From assembly GCA_949358305.1 (NCBI GenBank), contig OX442314.1, forward strand, positions 15,190,001 to 15,254,000: a stretch of 64,000 nt of DNA. The letters run 5' to 3'. A program made the translations under genes and the position numbers. The stretch comes from Strigamia acuminata. Lineage: Eukaryota. How positions within the stretch are numbered: position 1 is the first letter of the stretch; every line of letters starts with the position of its first letter. Shown one piece after another: positions 15,005 to 29,923 of the stretch. The notes below the pieces were generated by a model. It was not told the origin of the DNA and searched no databases. It saw only the letters and a program-made list of their open reading frames with translations.

Positions 15005-18000
15005 TTTTTTTTAACCAGAAGGTCAAGCACTGAAAAAGACGTGGTGCATGATGAAGGACAGGAAACCAAGGAATAGTCCATTCACTTTCACTCAAGCTCC
15101 ATGGAAGACTGAATAATAAGGATGAGTCACCTGATTAAATTTGGCAGCTGTAGTCTTCATGACAGACTATATATCCTCCCCTCATATATATATCTGATTT
15201 AACTTTTCTAGAGGGTGCTGAATGCCCAACTCTTCTGAAATGTTGTTTATGCTCTATATTTTCCCCGTTCAGTTTTTACAGTTTAGTAAATAAACAAATG
15301 AGGATTTTTCCCTATTCATTTCTATTATTTATTTATGGAAGGACATGTCTGAACAAAGCAATATATTGTTTATTGTATCTGCCAAACTTGAGGGTGTGAA
15401 ACATTCCTGTATATATTTATATTTATTAGATATCTGATTGCGATTAATTAATTCCTGTTTTATTGCACTCTCGTCCTTCAGGTTGTGTTATACATGTCAA
15501 TAAAATTCAAGAGGCATTGTGTTTAACTTTAGAACAGTATTGTGCATTTTCATGTTTTGTTTTGCTGTATTTTTTTAGCCAAATAACAGGCAGAAATGAC
15601 TCATATGGTGCACATGTGCAATGTGCTGTAATACGTAAAATAACAATTATTAGCAAAATTCAGAATAACTTAATTTATATTTAATATTTCCATTCCTGGG
15701 GATGTTAGTTGGAAGATAGCGATCTAGTTAAGGTAAGTACTAAGTTTTTATATATATTTTTTTTAAAGATTAAGCTGAGTTTTATTTATTAAGTAGTGTA
15801 AATGGTCACATGTATACATCTTTTAGAAAAAAAGACTTAATAAAACTTGTTTTGATTTGAAAATTTTAAATCTAAAAAAAGATTTAAAAAAAGTACAACC
15901 AATGCAGACCAACATGTAAATAAATAAGACATTATTTAACATACAAGTCAGCTATTTTCGCTTCGCCAGGTTATCAAACTCTTTAAAAAATATACTTTTC
16001 AACTCAAATTAATTTATTTTTTTGCATTATGTTGAAATCTTTTCATATTCCGGCTCATATGGATGTGTGGTCAGTTTTTACTTAAACACACCCCCATTAC
16101 TCATGTATTTCTACAGAAAATACAACCCAATTTCAAACTTCCCACATAATATCCCTCCAGGAATAACCACCATTAACATGAGAACAAATGTCAATTCCGG
16201 TGTCATTTACTAATTAAAATTCAATTGCAAAATTAAGAAGTGCATTCACTTTTAAATTTTCCCTCGAGGGTTGATTTCTTCCTTGGGAAGAAAATACAAC
16301 AGATAGAGAGAGGATTGTCTTATAAAACATCTGTATGCACACTTTCTCTGACTCATTGATTATTTGGCTCGGGATCAGGAAAAGGAAACAAAAAAAAATA
16401 TTCCGCTTGTGTATTAATAACATGATAAAAGAGTCGGAAAAAAAATTTAAATAAAATGTCAGTGTGAGAATTTGAAAAGGCTAAATGTTGATAAAATGTT
16501 TCAAAAAATAAAATAATATAATATATATATATATATGATGAAATACTATAATAACAAAAAAAATTACAATTTTTTTTAACTTGGTCAAGCATGAAGGTGT
16601 TTCTTATGGGAACCCACCATTTTCGCTCAAATAGCCATAAGGGGGAGCAAACTGAGTAAAAAAAAATTTTCTTTTAAATATATATTCCACTTCTTCCTCA
16701 AATATAATCATTTGAAAATAATCTAGCCTTAATGGCGTCAAATTACTCAACTCGCCATCGAAATATTACAACATTCCAATGTCACATCGCGCATCTAAAA
16801 AAAAATGACGATTCAATTTCACCTGAAATTTAATCACTATAAATATTCATCCCCTAAACATGTACCTTTTAATTTTTAATTAAATTAATTTTTTTCTATT
16901 AAAAATTCATTCCCGAGCAACGAAACCCGAAAATCGTCCTTGTACTGTCACAAACCAAGCTCCCGTTGAATCAATCGCACGTAAAAGCGAACAAAACTGG
17001 GTCAGATGAATAAGTAAACACGATGATGAAGAAGACCTTGCCGATACCAATTGGAAAACCATCAGTTTTAATCTACAAATCCCAACTGAGTACAAAATAG
17101 GCCGAGATGACTGCCTCGGTTCTCGTTTCACATTTTATTACTATTATTGTTATTTTCCGTGGGAAAACACTGACTTTACTGGCAGTTCAGACATTTGAAT
17201 TTCACGTTATGACTCATGGCCGCGATGGAAGAAACATTGGCCTAGCCTTTACAAACGAAATTCCACACTTAAGCCACGACATTCCTAGACATTTATCAAA
17301 CTTAAATGAGACTCTTTGTGCTCTACTAGTCTTCCACAAAAAATAGAATTATTGCATCAAACTTTCGAGGGCAATTCAGTTCAAAATTCAACATTGTTAC
17401 CAATTATGTCATTATTATATATTTTTCCCCCCTCCATTCGTTTCTTCTGCATACAATTGTTATCTGCAAACAAAATGTAGAAAAGCTGATAAGTGAACTT
17501 GGTTTTCTGATGGAATGATAAATACTGACGAATTTTTTGAATTATTTCGCTGATATTATTTTAAGGATTACGCCATATTGTATTGGAGATAAAGTAAACC
17601 GACTTTTATGGTTTGTATACATGGTACTTTAAGAATTGAGCAACTGAATTTTTATGTTAATTAATCCATTCAAAAGTATTTTTAGCGGTTTCGAGTGGCG
17701 AGTTCCTAATTACAAGTATGTTTTTAGAATAAATAGTTGTTTGTGTCCCATTTTTACACTATAAATTCATAAATAAAATTTTATGTAAATAATCAACACG
17801 AAGATGAACGTGTTGTTTGTTCGTTGCTTTAATTTTCTGGCAGAAAGCAACACGAATCAATAGCGCTATGCACTCATCTCCTCGCATGCTGAGGTATTTC
17901 CGATCAATAAAGTGAATAAAGTCAGTGGTTCATTCTTAACAATGAAAATCGAAGTCCTTCAATATTTCTCCCGAGTTCCCAAGGGATGAGTAAAGGTGAA

Positions 18001-18663
18001 TGGGCGCAAACACAATGTTCTAACGAAGTCTACTGTAGTATACTACGTAGATTTCACGCGATTTTAAATTCGGAACCACCGCTCCAGGAAAATATTACGT
18101 TTGTTATTACTTACACATCAATCTACACAGCTTCCATTTGGCCGTTGATGAAAATTTGCTGTTGGGCCCACGTTTTCGTATCTGCAGCGGTGAATCAATG
18201 AAGGAGAGCCAACTACCCATAATTCAAATGGTGGTCTAGCTAAAGACTGAAACTCTATAATATGAAGTTCTTAATATAATGTTAACTTAAAAGAAATATT
18301 TTAATTTCTTTTTTTTTTATAAGTTTTATTTTATACGATTCATTTGAAGATATACAAATTTTTTAAAAATTGTTCGTTTAAAATATGGTGCCGGTCTGTC
18401 ATTATCACTAAAGTTTTAGAGCGAGGTTAGTTTTAGTGGCGGATAGAAGAAGTAGAGCTTTTCAGCTGGGTAAACAACTTATAGTGATTGTAAATTGTGT
18501 TCGTATTTAAGACTTGACTCTTGTTTTATTTCGTTCATAGGTTTCCTTTACGTGGTAGATTATAGCCACCACCATATCTTTCAAATCTCAGGAATGTTTT
18601 TCCATTAATCTGTGATCTTATTATTCCTAAACAGTTAAAACAAACAAGGTAGAAAATACCGAG

Positions 18664-20025
<1,362 letters not shown>

Positions 20026-20841
20026 TTGACTGCTAACTCCAAACCTACAGATCATAAAAATTACCAAATGCATTCCGATTTATGACGAAAATTAAAATTC
20101 TAATGTCATCATTTAGACTAGTATCACACTTTCAAATATTATTCAAATTTAAATTTTGTTTTCTAATTTTTTTTTGAATAATTCACAATCTATGTTTAGT
20201 ATTTATTATGGCATTCATTACATTGTCCATGTAAGACCAAAATTATGTCACATTATATCTGAATTGTCCAGGTCGTTTTTATGAACTGTTGAATGAAGTT
20301 GTATTCTGTTATCCATTATTATCCTGCCTAGATGGACCAAAGATCAAATAGACGACGACGGGGTAAGGGCAGTAACGCAAAGAATGCTGTTTACAGCACT
20401 AAAGATTGTACACATAATCTATTTACAACTGTACTACTAATTGTGCATATATTTTCTGTTGTCTATTTAATCTAATAAAATCATGTTGCAAGTGTTAGAC
20501 TGAATTAGTGGTGTTTGACTTGAAAAATATAAACAGTATTTTTTAGTTTATTCTAAAACAAACGGATACGGTCGATATGATTATAAAAAAAAATAATTGT
20601 AATTAGTAGCATGATTATTATCATTTTTACAGTCATCATATTAAACATTTACATAGAAACCACATTGATTTGTGTGAAAAACGGCTATAACAAATGCTTT
20701 TGATTTCATCGCATGACCATTTCAAAATTTAATTTACAAAATAAAAAAAACTAAACTTTTTATCAAGCTGCCACAATTTTTTAAGTCGATTTCAACTGTT
20801 AGCAAAACGAACGAGAAAAATAAAATCCGTAATAGTCTTTC

Positions 20842-23800
20842 TCATTTTCGATACGAAGTTTTCGACAAATCTGTTGCACCGGGCGAAGAGGACGGCTCGG
20901 AACTACTAGAGCTTGTGGTAGGACTCAGAACCTGTTGTGATTGGACAATCTGCAAGTCGAAATAAAAACATGAATCCAAATTTTAAAAATTAAAAATTAA
21001 AACTTAAAATCAATATTACTCATTATTGCTAACTGGTTAAATCCCAACCTAAACCATTTAACTTATTACACGACATAAATAATATACATCACTCTGTTAT
21101 TCCACTCAACGCTTGGTACAAAAAAAATAAAATAAATAAAGTTATTAACACAAAATTATAATTTTTAATTTTTAAGTAGTTTAATGCTCAATTAATGCCC
21201 AAATAATTTATTTTTCCTAACGCAACAGCTCACCTGAGTTGCTGCCGTTAAAGATACCGGCACCGGTATGGTTATGTACTGCTGGTGAGTAGCATTGGTA
21301 CCTGTAAGTAAAGACACCCGCGGTCCATCAATGCGCTAATTAATTGCGTGAGTAATTGGCAAGAGGAAGAGATTTGCAATAGAACTGACTGATAAAAACT
21401 TGAAGAATGAGTCATTAATATAGAAGCATCGAGTCATTTCCTGCAGACAACTTTCACAAATGATAATCTTACCTTGATCTGACGGAATTTGAAGGGCAGT
21501 AGGAGCCTGTCCAAAATTAAAAATCACTCCCTCCGGGAGCGTCGCAGTCGGAGTGGCGTACACAACTCCCTGTGCAGTTTGATATATCACAGGTCCAGGG
21601 AGAGAGTTGGTACCGCCACTGGAGACGACAGTAGTAGGTGCTGGAATTACCATATTGCCTGCAAAGTTAATAAACCATTAATGACAGTTCCAGACAGCAC
21701 AATTCAATCGATTTGCACCTTGCATAACTGATAACCCAGACTGCGTAGTGGGAACAACTGTCACCGTTGTTGTTTGCGATTCACTATTACTATTCGTCGA
21801 TTGACTATTCGAGCTGTGAGCAATACCTAAAATATAATTTTAAAAAATTAATACACTTAATTTGGTTAGAAATTCTGTACGAATTTACCTGGAATAGATA
21901 ATAATGAAGACGACGGAATTCGGTATAATGTCTGTCCAGAAGTGTGCTGCTGTTGCTGATGCGACTGATGGGTAGTTGCGAGTTGCAATGATGCGCCATG
22001 CGATAATGTTCCTATTTTATAAAGGCAAAAGAAATAATAAATACAACAAGTATATTTTCTCAAACCATCCACGACCCTTTGACAAAAGAAACTCTTCATC
22101 GAGGTCATCACACCAGTTGCCCACCTACACGTTTAAATTGATGCCTCATTAAAAGCGGTAACCCCACCCTTACTATATAATCTCAAAGTTAGCAACAACT
22201 CCTAAGATAAGATTTTATTATTAATTAAAATTAGAAATTAAGATGAATTAAAAACTGGAATTTTTTATTACGTCAATAAATTACTCCGTTTTTTCCTAAG
22301 ACCCAGAAACTCCACCATTTGAATGGAAATTTAATTTGCCTATTTTTACAAGTCAGTAAGTCAGATATAAATTTCCATTCAACTTCCGTGCACTAATTCA
22401 CTTCCTACCTGGAGTGAGTATTGCGGCGTAGCCACCAGCTGGTAACTGCATGGATATGTTGGTTGATTTGGTGGATGGTTGGGTGCTTAATAATGTCCCA
22501 GTCACTGGCGCAGCGTTTGCACTGGTCACTTGAGATGTGGAAGACATGGGGCTATTGGATGAGTCTATGGGGGATTCTCCAGGAAACGACACCTGCATCT
22601 TGCCTTCCTGTAATCATAGAACTGTGTAAGTGATTTTCCAAGTATAAACATATCAATTTTTTTTATTCTCAGAATTTTTCCAAATAAAAGAATATATAAA
22701 ACAAAGTGCAATTTTCAATTGGAAATAAAAACAAAACAACTAAACAAATTTGTTATTACTTTTTATTTTTCAGATCTTACAAAATTTAATGCATTTGTAC
22801 TGCATATATATATATATGGTAAACACAACAATGATCAGAGAGTATTATGACAGGTTGGTCAAAATGAATATAAACAATTAAAAAAGTTTTACAAAACTCA
22901 GCACTTCCAAATGTTTACTCATTTTTATTTTATTTTTAATTTTTTTTTCCTCCAAAAATAAGCCATATTTACATATCCAACTTTTAATCTCCAAAAAACG
23001 GTCCCTTGAAGGAGAAAATTTGAATTCAGCATTTGAGCAAAAAAAAATAAAAAAAATTTAAACTTCACGATTGCCTTGTACAAAGTATATTACTAGAATG
23101 CATTCTGAATTATAAAATAATTAACAACAAAAAAATAAGCTAACAGCTTCCTGAATTTTTTATCGCTTTCAAGTTTACTCTTTAAGAGTGTACTTTAAAC
23201 AGGCTCAATTTCGTTGAGCCACACTTGTACCCAGCTCTCCCCACTGAATAAAACGCAAAATAAAAATAAAATCAAAAACCCTTTGCTTCCATAATATGAG
23301 AAATGGTTAAACTAATCAGGTCTTCCATTACCAGCACACTTTTTTCCTACGGAAATTATTATAAGTTCTAATTTTACCATCAAAACACGTCCAGAATACT
23401 AATTCCAACTGATGCAATTGCAATAATTTTTTAGAACAAAAAATTACATTTGAATCATAACCTATATTTACCTCTTGCCAGTTCCCCCATGATGATAAAT
23501 GAAAATAATAAATAAGTAAAAAACATCAAAACTTGTACAATAAGTGTTTTGTGCTCCTTTATATAAAACTATCCATTAATTTATTTGCTTATAATTTTAT
23601 TTTTGTCTAATTTATACCTCTGCTTGATTACTATGAAATGTCTTAATAGAAATTATAAAATTATAAAAAAAAATTATAATAATAATTATAATAATAATAA
23701 AATACCGGTATTAGTAAAATTATTTTATACAATTTAAAATTCAATGGAATGTAAAACTCTTCCTATAATTATAAATTCTATTTGATTTGAGAATAAAGAA

Positions 23801-26800
23801 AGCTATTTAAGTCATTAAAAATATGAGCAAATTAAATTATTTCACTGTATTTGTAACTTTGTAATTGAAACCAATTAATGATTTGACAATCATTCGGTCA
23901 ATTCTTTCTCAAAGCTATCTGTAGAAAGAGGAAACTACTTAAACTTTCATGAAATCAAAATTAAAACCAATGATAACGAGACATAAATTAAAATCATCAA
24001 ACCAATCAACAATTCATTTCCCTTTTCCATTTCTTAAAATGGATATCAAATTCTCCTCGCAATCAATTATTTAATTAATTAATTAAACAAAAAAAAAATG
24101 CATGTCCTTTTCACAATTTCTCAATAAAAAAAATTACACGATGTATGCCTTGCTTGGCAACAGTTAGTTAGCACCAGAATGACGAATAAATTATCACCTG
24201 CTGACCTTGTCTCCAGAAAAAATCATTTAAATTCAACAAAACCCAAAAAAAAAGGAAATCAAAATGTTTGCCTCTTCTTTCTTTCTTTCTTTCCTTATAA
24301 TTTTTTTTCGTTTCTTATTTATTTAGAAATCTTTAAGAAGCAAATATTCTGGTCAAATCCACAGTTCTGTGCCCACTCGACACCAAGTAAGGGCTTCTGT
24401 ATGAGTCACAGCGGACAGGTAATTGCCCGCACTCACCTACCAGGTCGTCAACTATACAACAACAAGGGCGATGCTACAGCTCGTTAAGTTGAATTTCCAT
24501 GAATGTACATGCAGCTTATGAATAAACAAGCTGATCAATGTCTCGAGACCAGTGTTGGGCGCGGTACACACAACATGTACCGCGGTCCCGGTACGCGGTA
24601 CACGGCGCTGCCGCACAAAATACCGCGGTCCCGGTACGCGGTACTTAGAACGGTACCGCGGTCCCGGTAAGCGATACACGGTGCTGCCGCACGAAGTAAC
24701 GCGGTCCCGGTACAGTACCGGTACCGGGATTTTGCGTTACATCTCGCGGTCCACGAGAAAACGCGAGAAAATACAAAATTCTCGTATTTTCTTGCTTTTT
24801 CTCCCATTTGATTAATTTTTACCGTAAGTTTTAATACAATTAATTTTATTTCAGAAATCTACAAGATACGAATAAAAAGAAGATTTTTTCGTTTATTTCT
24901 AGTTTCTAGGCCTAAGCCACCATATAATAAGAAATAAACGAAAAATTCTTTCTCTTTTTATTCGTATTTTTTAGATTTCACAAATAAAATAAATTGTCTT
25001 AAAACTTATGGTAAAAATTAATCAAATAGGAGAAAAAGCAAGAAAATACCAGAATTTTGTATTTTCTCGCGTTTTCTCGTGGACCGAGAGATGTAACGCA
25101 AAATCGGTCCGCGGTACACTGGTTTTTAAAAGTACCGCGGTCCCGGTGCGCGTTACTGTACCGCTTTAAAAATAGTACCGCGGTCCCGGTACGCACCTAC
25201 CGCAAAGTAACGCGATCCCGGTCCCGGTACAGTACCGCGTACCGGCGGTCCTGGATCGCCGGTACAGGACCGCGTACCGCGCACAACACTGCTCGAGACA
25301 TTTCCTCAAAAAACAGATCTTAAATGGATTTGCAAATTATGAGATCTTTACAGGTTGTTTTTGACTAGTTTCATAATTTATCCACATTTTCATTTTCACG
25401 TCTCAAAACAAAACCCACAAAAACAAAAAACAATAACAAAACAAAGAGAGATTAGATTATTTGTCTTAAAAATCTTCTCAACTGCTCTGCAGTCCATTGG
25501 CACTTGCCTCGCACTCAACAAACCACTTTATACAAATATTTTGGCCACCAGAATGTTTAAAAAATGTTAAAACTTAATCCTGTTTACTTATTTTATCTCA
25601 TATTTAAGCTCTAAGTCTATGAAGCGTGGAAGACTTAATATTCAAGTTAACGTTTGACACGTTGTCTTGTCTTAGCATTTTTGTGCGAGGTGATCACAAA
25701 TATAATGACAAATCATGGCCGACTGTCGGGTCGCCCATGTAGCCTCCAGTATTGTCACTTGGAGGCTGATGGGACGGATGTGGAGGAGCAGGAGGAGGCA
25801 TATTCCAGCGTGGTACTTCACCATGATCTTGGTACAGCCACTGAATAATAAAACAGTTAATTAGAATTTTTTCTTTCACAAAAATTAACATAGAATAAGT
25901 TGTAAAACACATTCATTCAAAATTAAATTTCCCATTAAAATGAATTATTTTTATACATTTTTTTATTTATATTTTTTTTTTAAATAATAATTAATATATA
26001 TTAGTTATATTTGAGAGAATTAGTGTAGAATATGATTTTGAAATGATGTTATAAATGTATAGTGTTTCTGTAAATCGATAGAAGTAAAAATGAAAAAATA
26101 AAAAATAAATGAAAAATAAATTGGTAATTTTGTTCACATACAAAAGATGAGGCAACATTGGAAACATTCTTTCTCTGATGCTATTTTAAAAGGCTCAAGA
26201 CTTGAAACTAATCATAGGCATAGCCAGCTAATTCCCAAAATGGAAACGGGGTCCATACTCATCCTATCTGTGCGAGGGGCATTTTAAACATGTTCCAAAT
26301 TTGACTTTAACAACCATGCTGTTTTAGGTGTCTAAAGAAAACCTCCTAACCAAACGTGCAATCGCTGTTGGAAAAAAAAAGAAAATTATTTTAAATTTCC
26401 CTCCCATTACCTAAAAAGGAAAATATCTTTACATTTAACTTTAAAATATAAATTTTTATCCAAAAAAAAATCCAATTTTAAAGAATCTGATTTAATATTT
26501 TATAAAAAATTAATTTCTTATATTTTTATTTATAGTTTTGTGAAGATTTAAATTCAAGGCACAACCATGCATTCCAACACAGTACAACTACAACACTACA
26601 TAAAACAAATATCATTTTAAATGGTACCTACCTATGAAAAAAACAGTCCAACAACTCCTACGGGCTTGATCACATTCATACTAACAAAGCAGATTAGTAC
26701 AGTTTTAACCTTACACGTATATACTTAGTACTGTGAAAAATTAACTTCGTACACCAAATAATTACAACAATTTAACCTAGGCCTAACTAAACAACAATCA

Positions 26801-29477
26801 AAACCTGAAAACTTTAATTACACCACTTTTTCCCGTATAATTAACTACTAAGTAGCCAAAACAAGTGCATTTTTATAAATTTTTCCATTTTTTTTTTAAA
26901 CAACTCAATAACATGCAATCTTTTTAATTGCATAAATAAACGAGTCTCATTGTAGAAAAAATTCCAGTCAACTTGGTTGTTTATTCAGCTTTCAAGACTA
27001 ACAAAGTCAATATAACTTCGATACGTTCAAACTCGAAAATTCGTATAAAATAAAATCCTTGCAAGCTGAATTTTATTTATTTTAAAAAATTTTATAAATT
27101 TTATAACCATTTCGCATGAATATCCACTCGCTAATGAGGTAGGGCAGTTTTTTTTTAAATATTATAATAATGAAAATAAAAAATAAAACCAAAAAAACCA
27201 CAAAAAAACCCAACATTTGAAAAATGCAACTGCATACCAACAATTTTTTGTCCTTCAAAAAAAGAAAAAAAAACGACCCACAAAAACAAAAAAACCAAAA
27301 AAAAAACTAACTTTTATTCCAAGAAAAAATAAAATAAATCAAATGAAATAATAGATAAGTGTTTGATTCGTCCATCCATTCATTCACTCACTCATTTAAT
27401 TGACGAATTGGTCTAAATAAATTTGAACTCTCGCAGCTTGACTTCGACACATTGAATGTTCGAGAAAGAAACAACACACAAGTCCTGCATGCATTATCAT
27501 TAATCTCTGTCTTGAAAACCAAACTCAACAACGTACACCTCATGTCACAAGATCGTTCCTGCTCACCCGCAGGCCATCGTTTTACCTCCTCCTCCTCCCT
27601 GCTGCTTGTGCACATGTAAAACAATTCTTAAATCAATCGATCACCGACTCACTTACAACTTTTTTTCCAACGTCATTTGCATGAAAATGACGAAAATTTT
27701 CCGTTTCCGTCTACACTTTTCTCCTCCACTACACATTTCTATAGTAACTCGTCTTTTTTACGTCACAATCCAGTCATGACTAATTAGGTTAGTCGAAATT
27801 CCATACAAGGAAGGTAACAGCCCATATTCGTCCTTATATGGAAACAACAAACAAGGTGAGACCAAATCATCAATGAATCCACGTGTACTCAAAGAGTCGA
27901 GATAATAAACAATTTTCTATTTACTTTTTCGCCATTTTTTTGTTTGAATATTATCAGTGTGTGTAAACACACATCAGCAAACTCGCATTCTCCTTAGCTC
28001 GGAGTCACATGTGATAAATAGTGTAATAGGAGAGAAATAAATAATTACTCCTTATTTTTTTTTATTTTTTTTTTCTGTTTGAATATTGTAACAAGGCGTA
28101 TTCCTTGTCTAAAAATAAGGTGTTTAGCCCATCAAGTGACGAGTGAGAGAGAACCATTCTGTGGATAAGAGGGGAGACTTATACATGAGTCATAGGTACG
28201 AAACTCGCATCGTTGCAAGAGTTTGTATTCACTTACAGCGTTTTATAAAAATAAAATAAAAATAATAAAAAAAAAACTTTCTTCGCAAAATTCATGATCA
28301 AAACTGAAGCACTTGCAATAGAAGAAGAAAAAAAGAAACGATGTAAGTGAACACACGCGCATAAAAGCAAAAGAAATGCGCAAGTAAATAATAGTAATTT
28401 ACAGATTAAAAAGTGGTAGAATGTGAAGAGAAGAATAATTATTAAGTGTATGAAAGAGCTGTCGAAATGAAGTGTGACAAAGCATGCGCCTTACTTTTTG
28501 CTCTTCATCGTTTATGCTGTAAGTGAGATCAGTCTCCTCGAAACCTGTGGCACTCATCCTTTGGTCCAACTGTTGACTTTGATTGCAAGGGGGATCGGGA
28601 GAGTTTAGACATGTTTGGATCAGCGCTTTGCCAGCTTCACTCGTGATCATCGGTTGTAGTTTACGTGTTGCAAATGTGTACACATGTCCAGTCTCACTAG
28701 CAACCAACAGCATCACTTGGGTACCGGTCAGCGTTGACAATTCGTACGCCTGCAACAAATCAGTCAAAAACAGAATGAATTATGCTAATATTTTATTGGC
28801 CTACTTGTTCAAACTTGTTTAAATTTTTTAAAATGTCAAATCGTATCAATTTCCTTCAAAAAAATAATCAGGTTATCAACTTCGGCTTTTATTTATATAC
28901 TGGCAACTTGTAAAAAAAAAATAAAAAATAATTTATTTTAAAAAAAAATATTCAGATTGAGCCACAAAGTGCGAAATATCAAAAAGGAAGTAAAAATTGA
29001 TAACTTTGAACGCACCTAATGTATCTGTTAGATTTACTGTATGTGACCCCATCCACAAACCCTCGTCCCCCTTTTTAAAATTTAAAACTTTTTTTTTTAT
29101 AAGTATTTTTCTTTCTCCCCCCCTTGTATTTTTTGTTTTTCTTTTCTTCTAGCCTCGCCTACCTTCTTCATTATGCCCGTTTTCCGTTTACTGAATGTTG
29201 TGTATCGGCGCAATTTGTTGTCGATAAATTCCATTTTGATCTTGACCCTGCCTTTGGTTTTCTTTCCGTTCGGAGGAAGACTCTTTTTGCTCGCATCGGG
29301 CTTTTCCATGCCATCGTCATCACTCGAAATACCGATAGCTTCGGGTTCAAGTCCTGCGTCGTCTGCACTCCGTTTGCAGCCGCCGATCATCCCGGCGTGG
29401 CCGTAGCTACTCGCCCCACTCACGTTGGGTTCACTGTCATCGCTGCCTTCATGTAAGTTCTGCAGCGTGTAGCTCAT
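20842..29477 (-). CDS. SRF: Serum response factor (MADS-box; blistered orthologue), multi-exon
   Basis: MADS box GRVKIKMEFIDNKLRRYTTFSKRKTGIMKK/AYELSTLTGTQVMLLVASETGHVYTFATRKLQP in exons 29477-29162 and 28749-28494. S/T/Q/P-rich exons follow at about 22.6, 22.0, 21.8, 21.6 and 21.3 kb. The last exon ends at a TGA at 20842. Confidence 0.95.
24550..25291. mobile_element. Foldback non-autonomous hAT-type MITE in an SRF intron
   Basis: Perfect 8-bp TSD CTCGAGAC (24542-24549 and 25292-25299). TIRs CAGTGTTG(G/T)GCGCGGTAC, subterminal GTACCGCGGTCCCGG repeats, and internal inverted arms at about 24730-24899 and 24931-25103. Confidence 0.9.
25694..25840 (-). CDS. Putative alternative terminal exon of SRF (48 aa, Pro-rich)
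   Basis: Pyrimidine-rich acceptor ttattcag, phase 0 matching the exon-2 donor, and a GC-richer coding-like block WLYQDHGEVPRWNMPPPAPPHPSHQPP...LYL*. Confidence 0.6.
   Translation of the reverse strand, partial: WLYQDHGEVPRWNMPPPAPPHPSHQPPSDNTGGYMGDPTVGHDLSLYL
27801..27841. promoter_or_regulatory. Intronic CArG element(s) in SRF intron 2
   Basis: Perfect CCTTATATGG at 27832-27841 and one-mismatch CCATACAAGG at 27801-27810. Confidence 0.55.
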
Positions 29478-29857
29478 TCTCCTGTCTCAACTGACGTTTC
29501 CTCAGTTGAACTGTGCATGGGCTAATGTGTTTGTTCAAATCCAATAACCCTGAACGCTAAACACTGTTCAATTTTCGTACGTAAATCACTTATGCGAGCG
29601 GACTTCCCTTTTTCATCTCCTAAAGGAAAGTGCCGCAGCACTGCGCACGATCTTTTTACGCGCTCCGAGCTGGAAAGTAGTTCGAGGGTATTCCCGAGCA
29701 TTTCGTATTTAGAAATGATATTTTTTATGATTGTTTCTTTTATTTTGTTAGTACTTGTACTGGTTATTTTTTCAGATTTAGTCATTTTAATATTTTTATT
29801 TTAATATAGTTTATTTTAAGTTTTAAAAGTGCGCATGAGTTCAGTTTGAACCGTGTT

Positions 29858-29923
29858 TGACGTCATCATCGCCATTTTTGGTCATACGGGGTTCCCAAAT
29901 ATGGCAAGCACGGCCTTATATGG
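29858..29923. promoter_or_regulatory. SRF upstream region: CRE plus three CArG boxes
   Basis: TGACGTCA 29858-29865, CCATTTTTGG 29872-29881, CCAAATATGG 29895-29904, CCTTATATGG 29914-29923, about 400 bp upstream of the SRF ATG. Confidence 0.8.

Noticed and set aside
24452..25323. Several Arg/Gly/Thr-rich ORFs and a CRISPR-like look of repeated motifs
   Set aside because: These arise from MITE subterminal repeats. Spacing is irregular, the block is bounded by TIRs and a TSD, the context is eukaryotic and there are no cas genes.
29124..29804. ORFs overlapping SRF exon 1 and its 5' region
   Set aside because: Alternative-frame or antisense shadows and UTR-like sequence.
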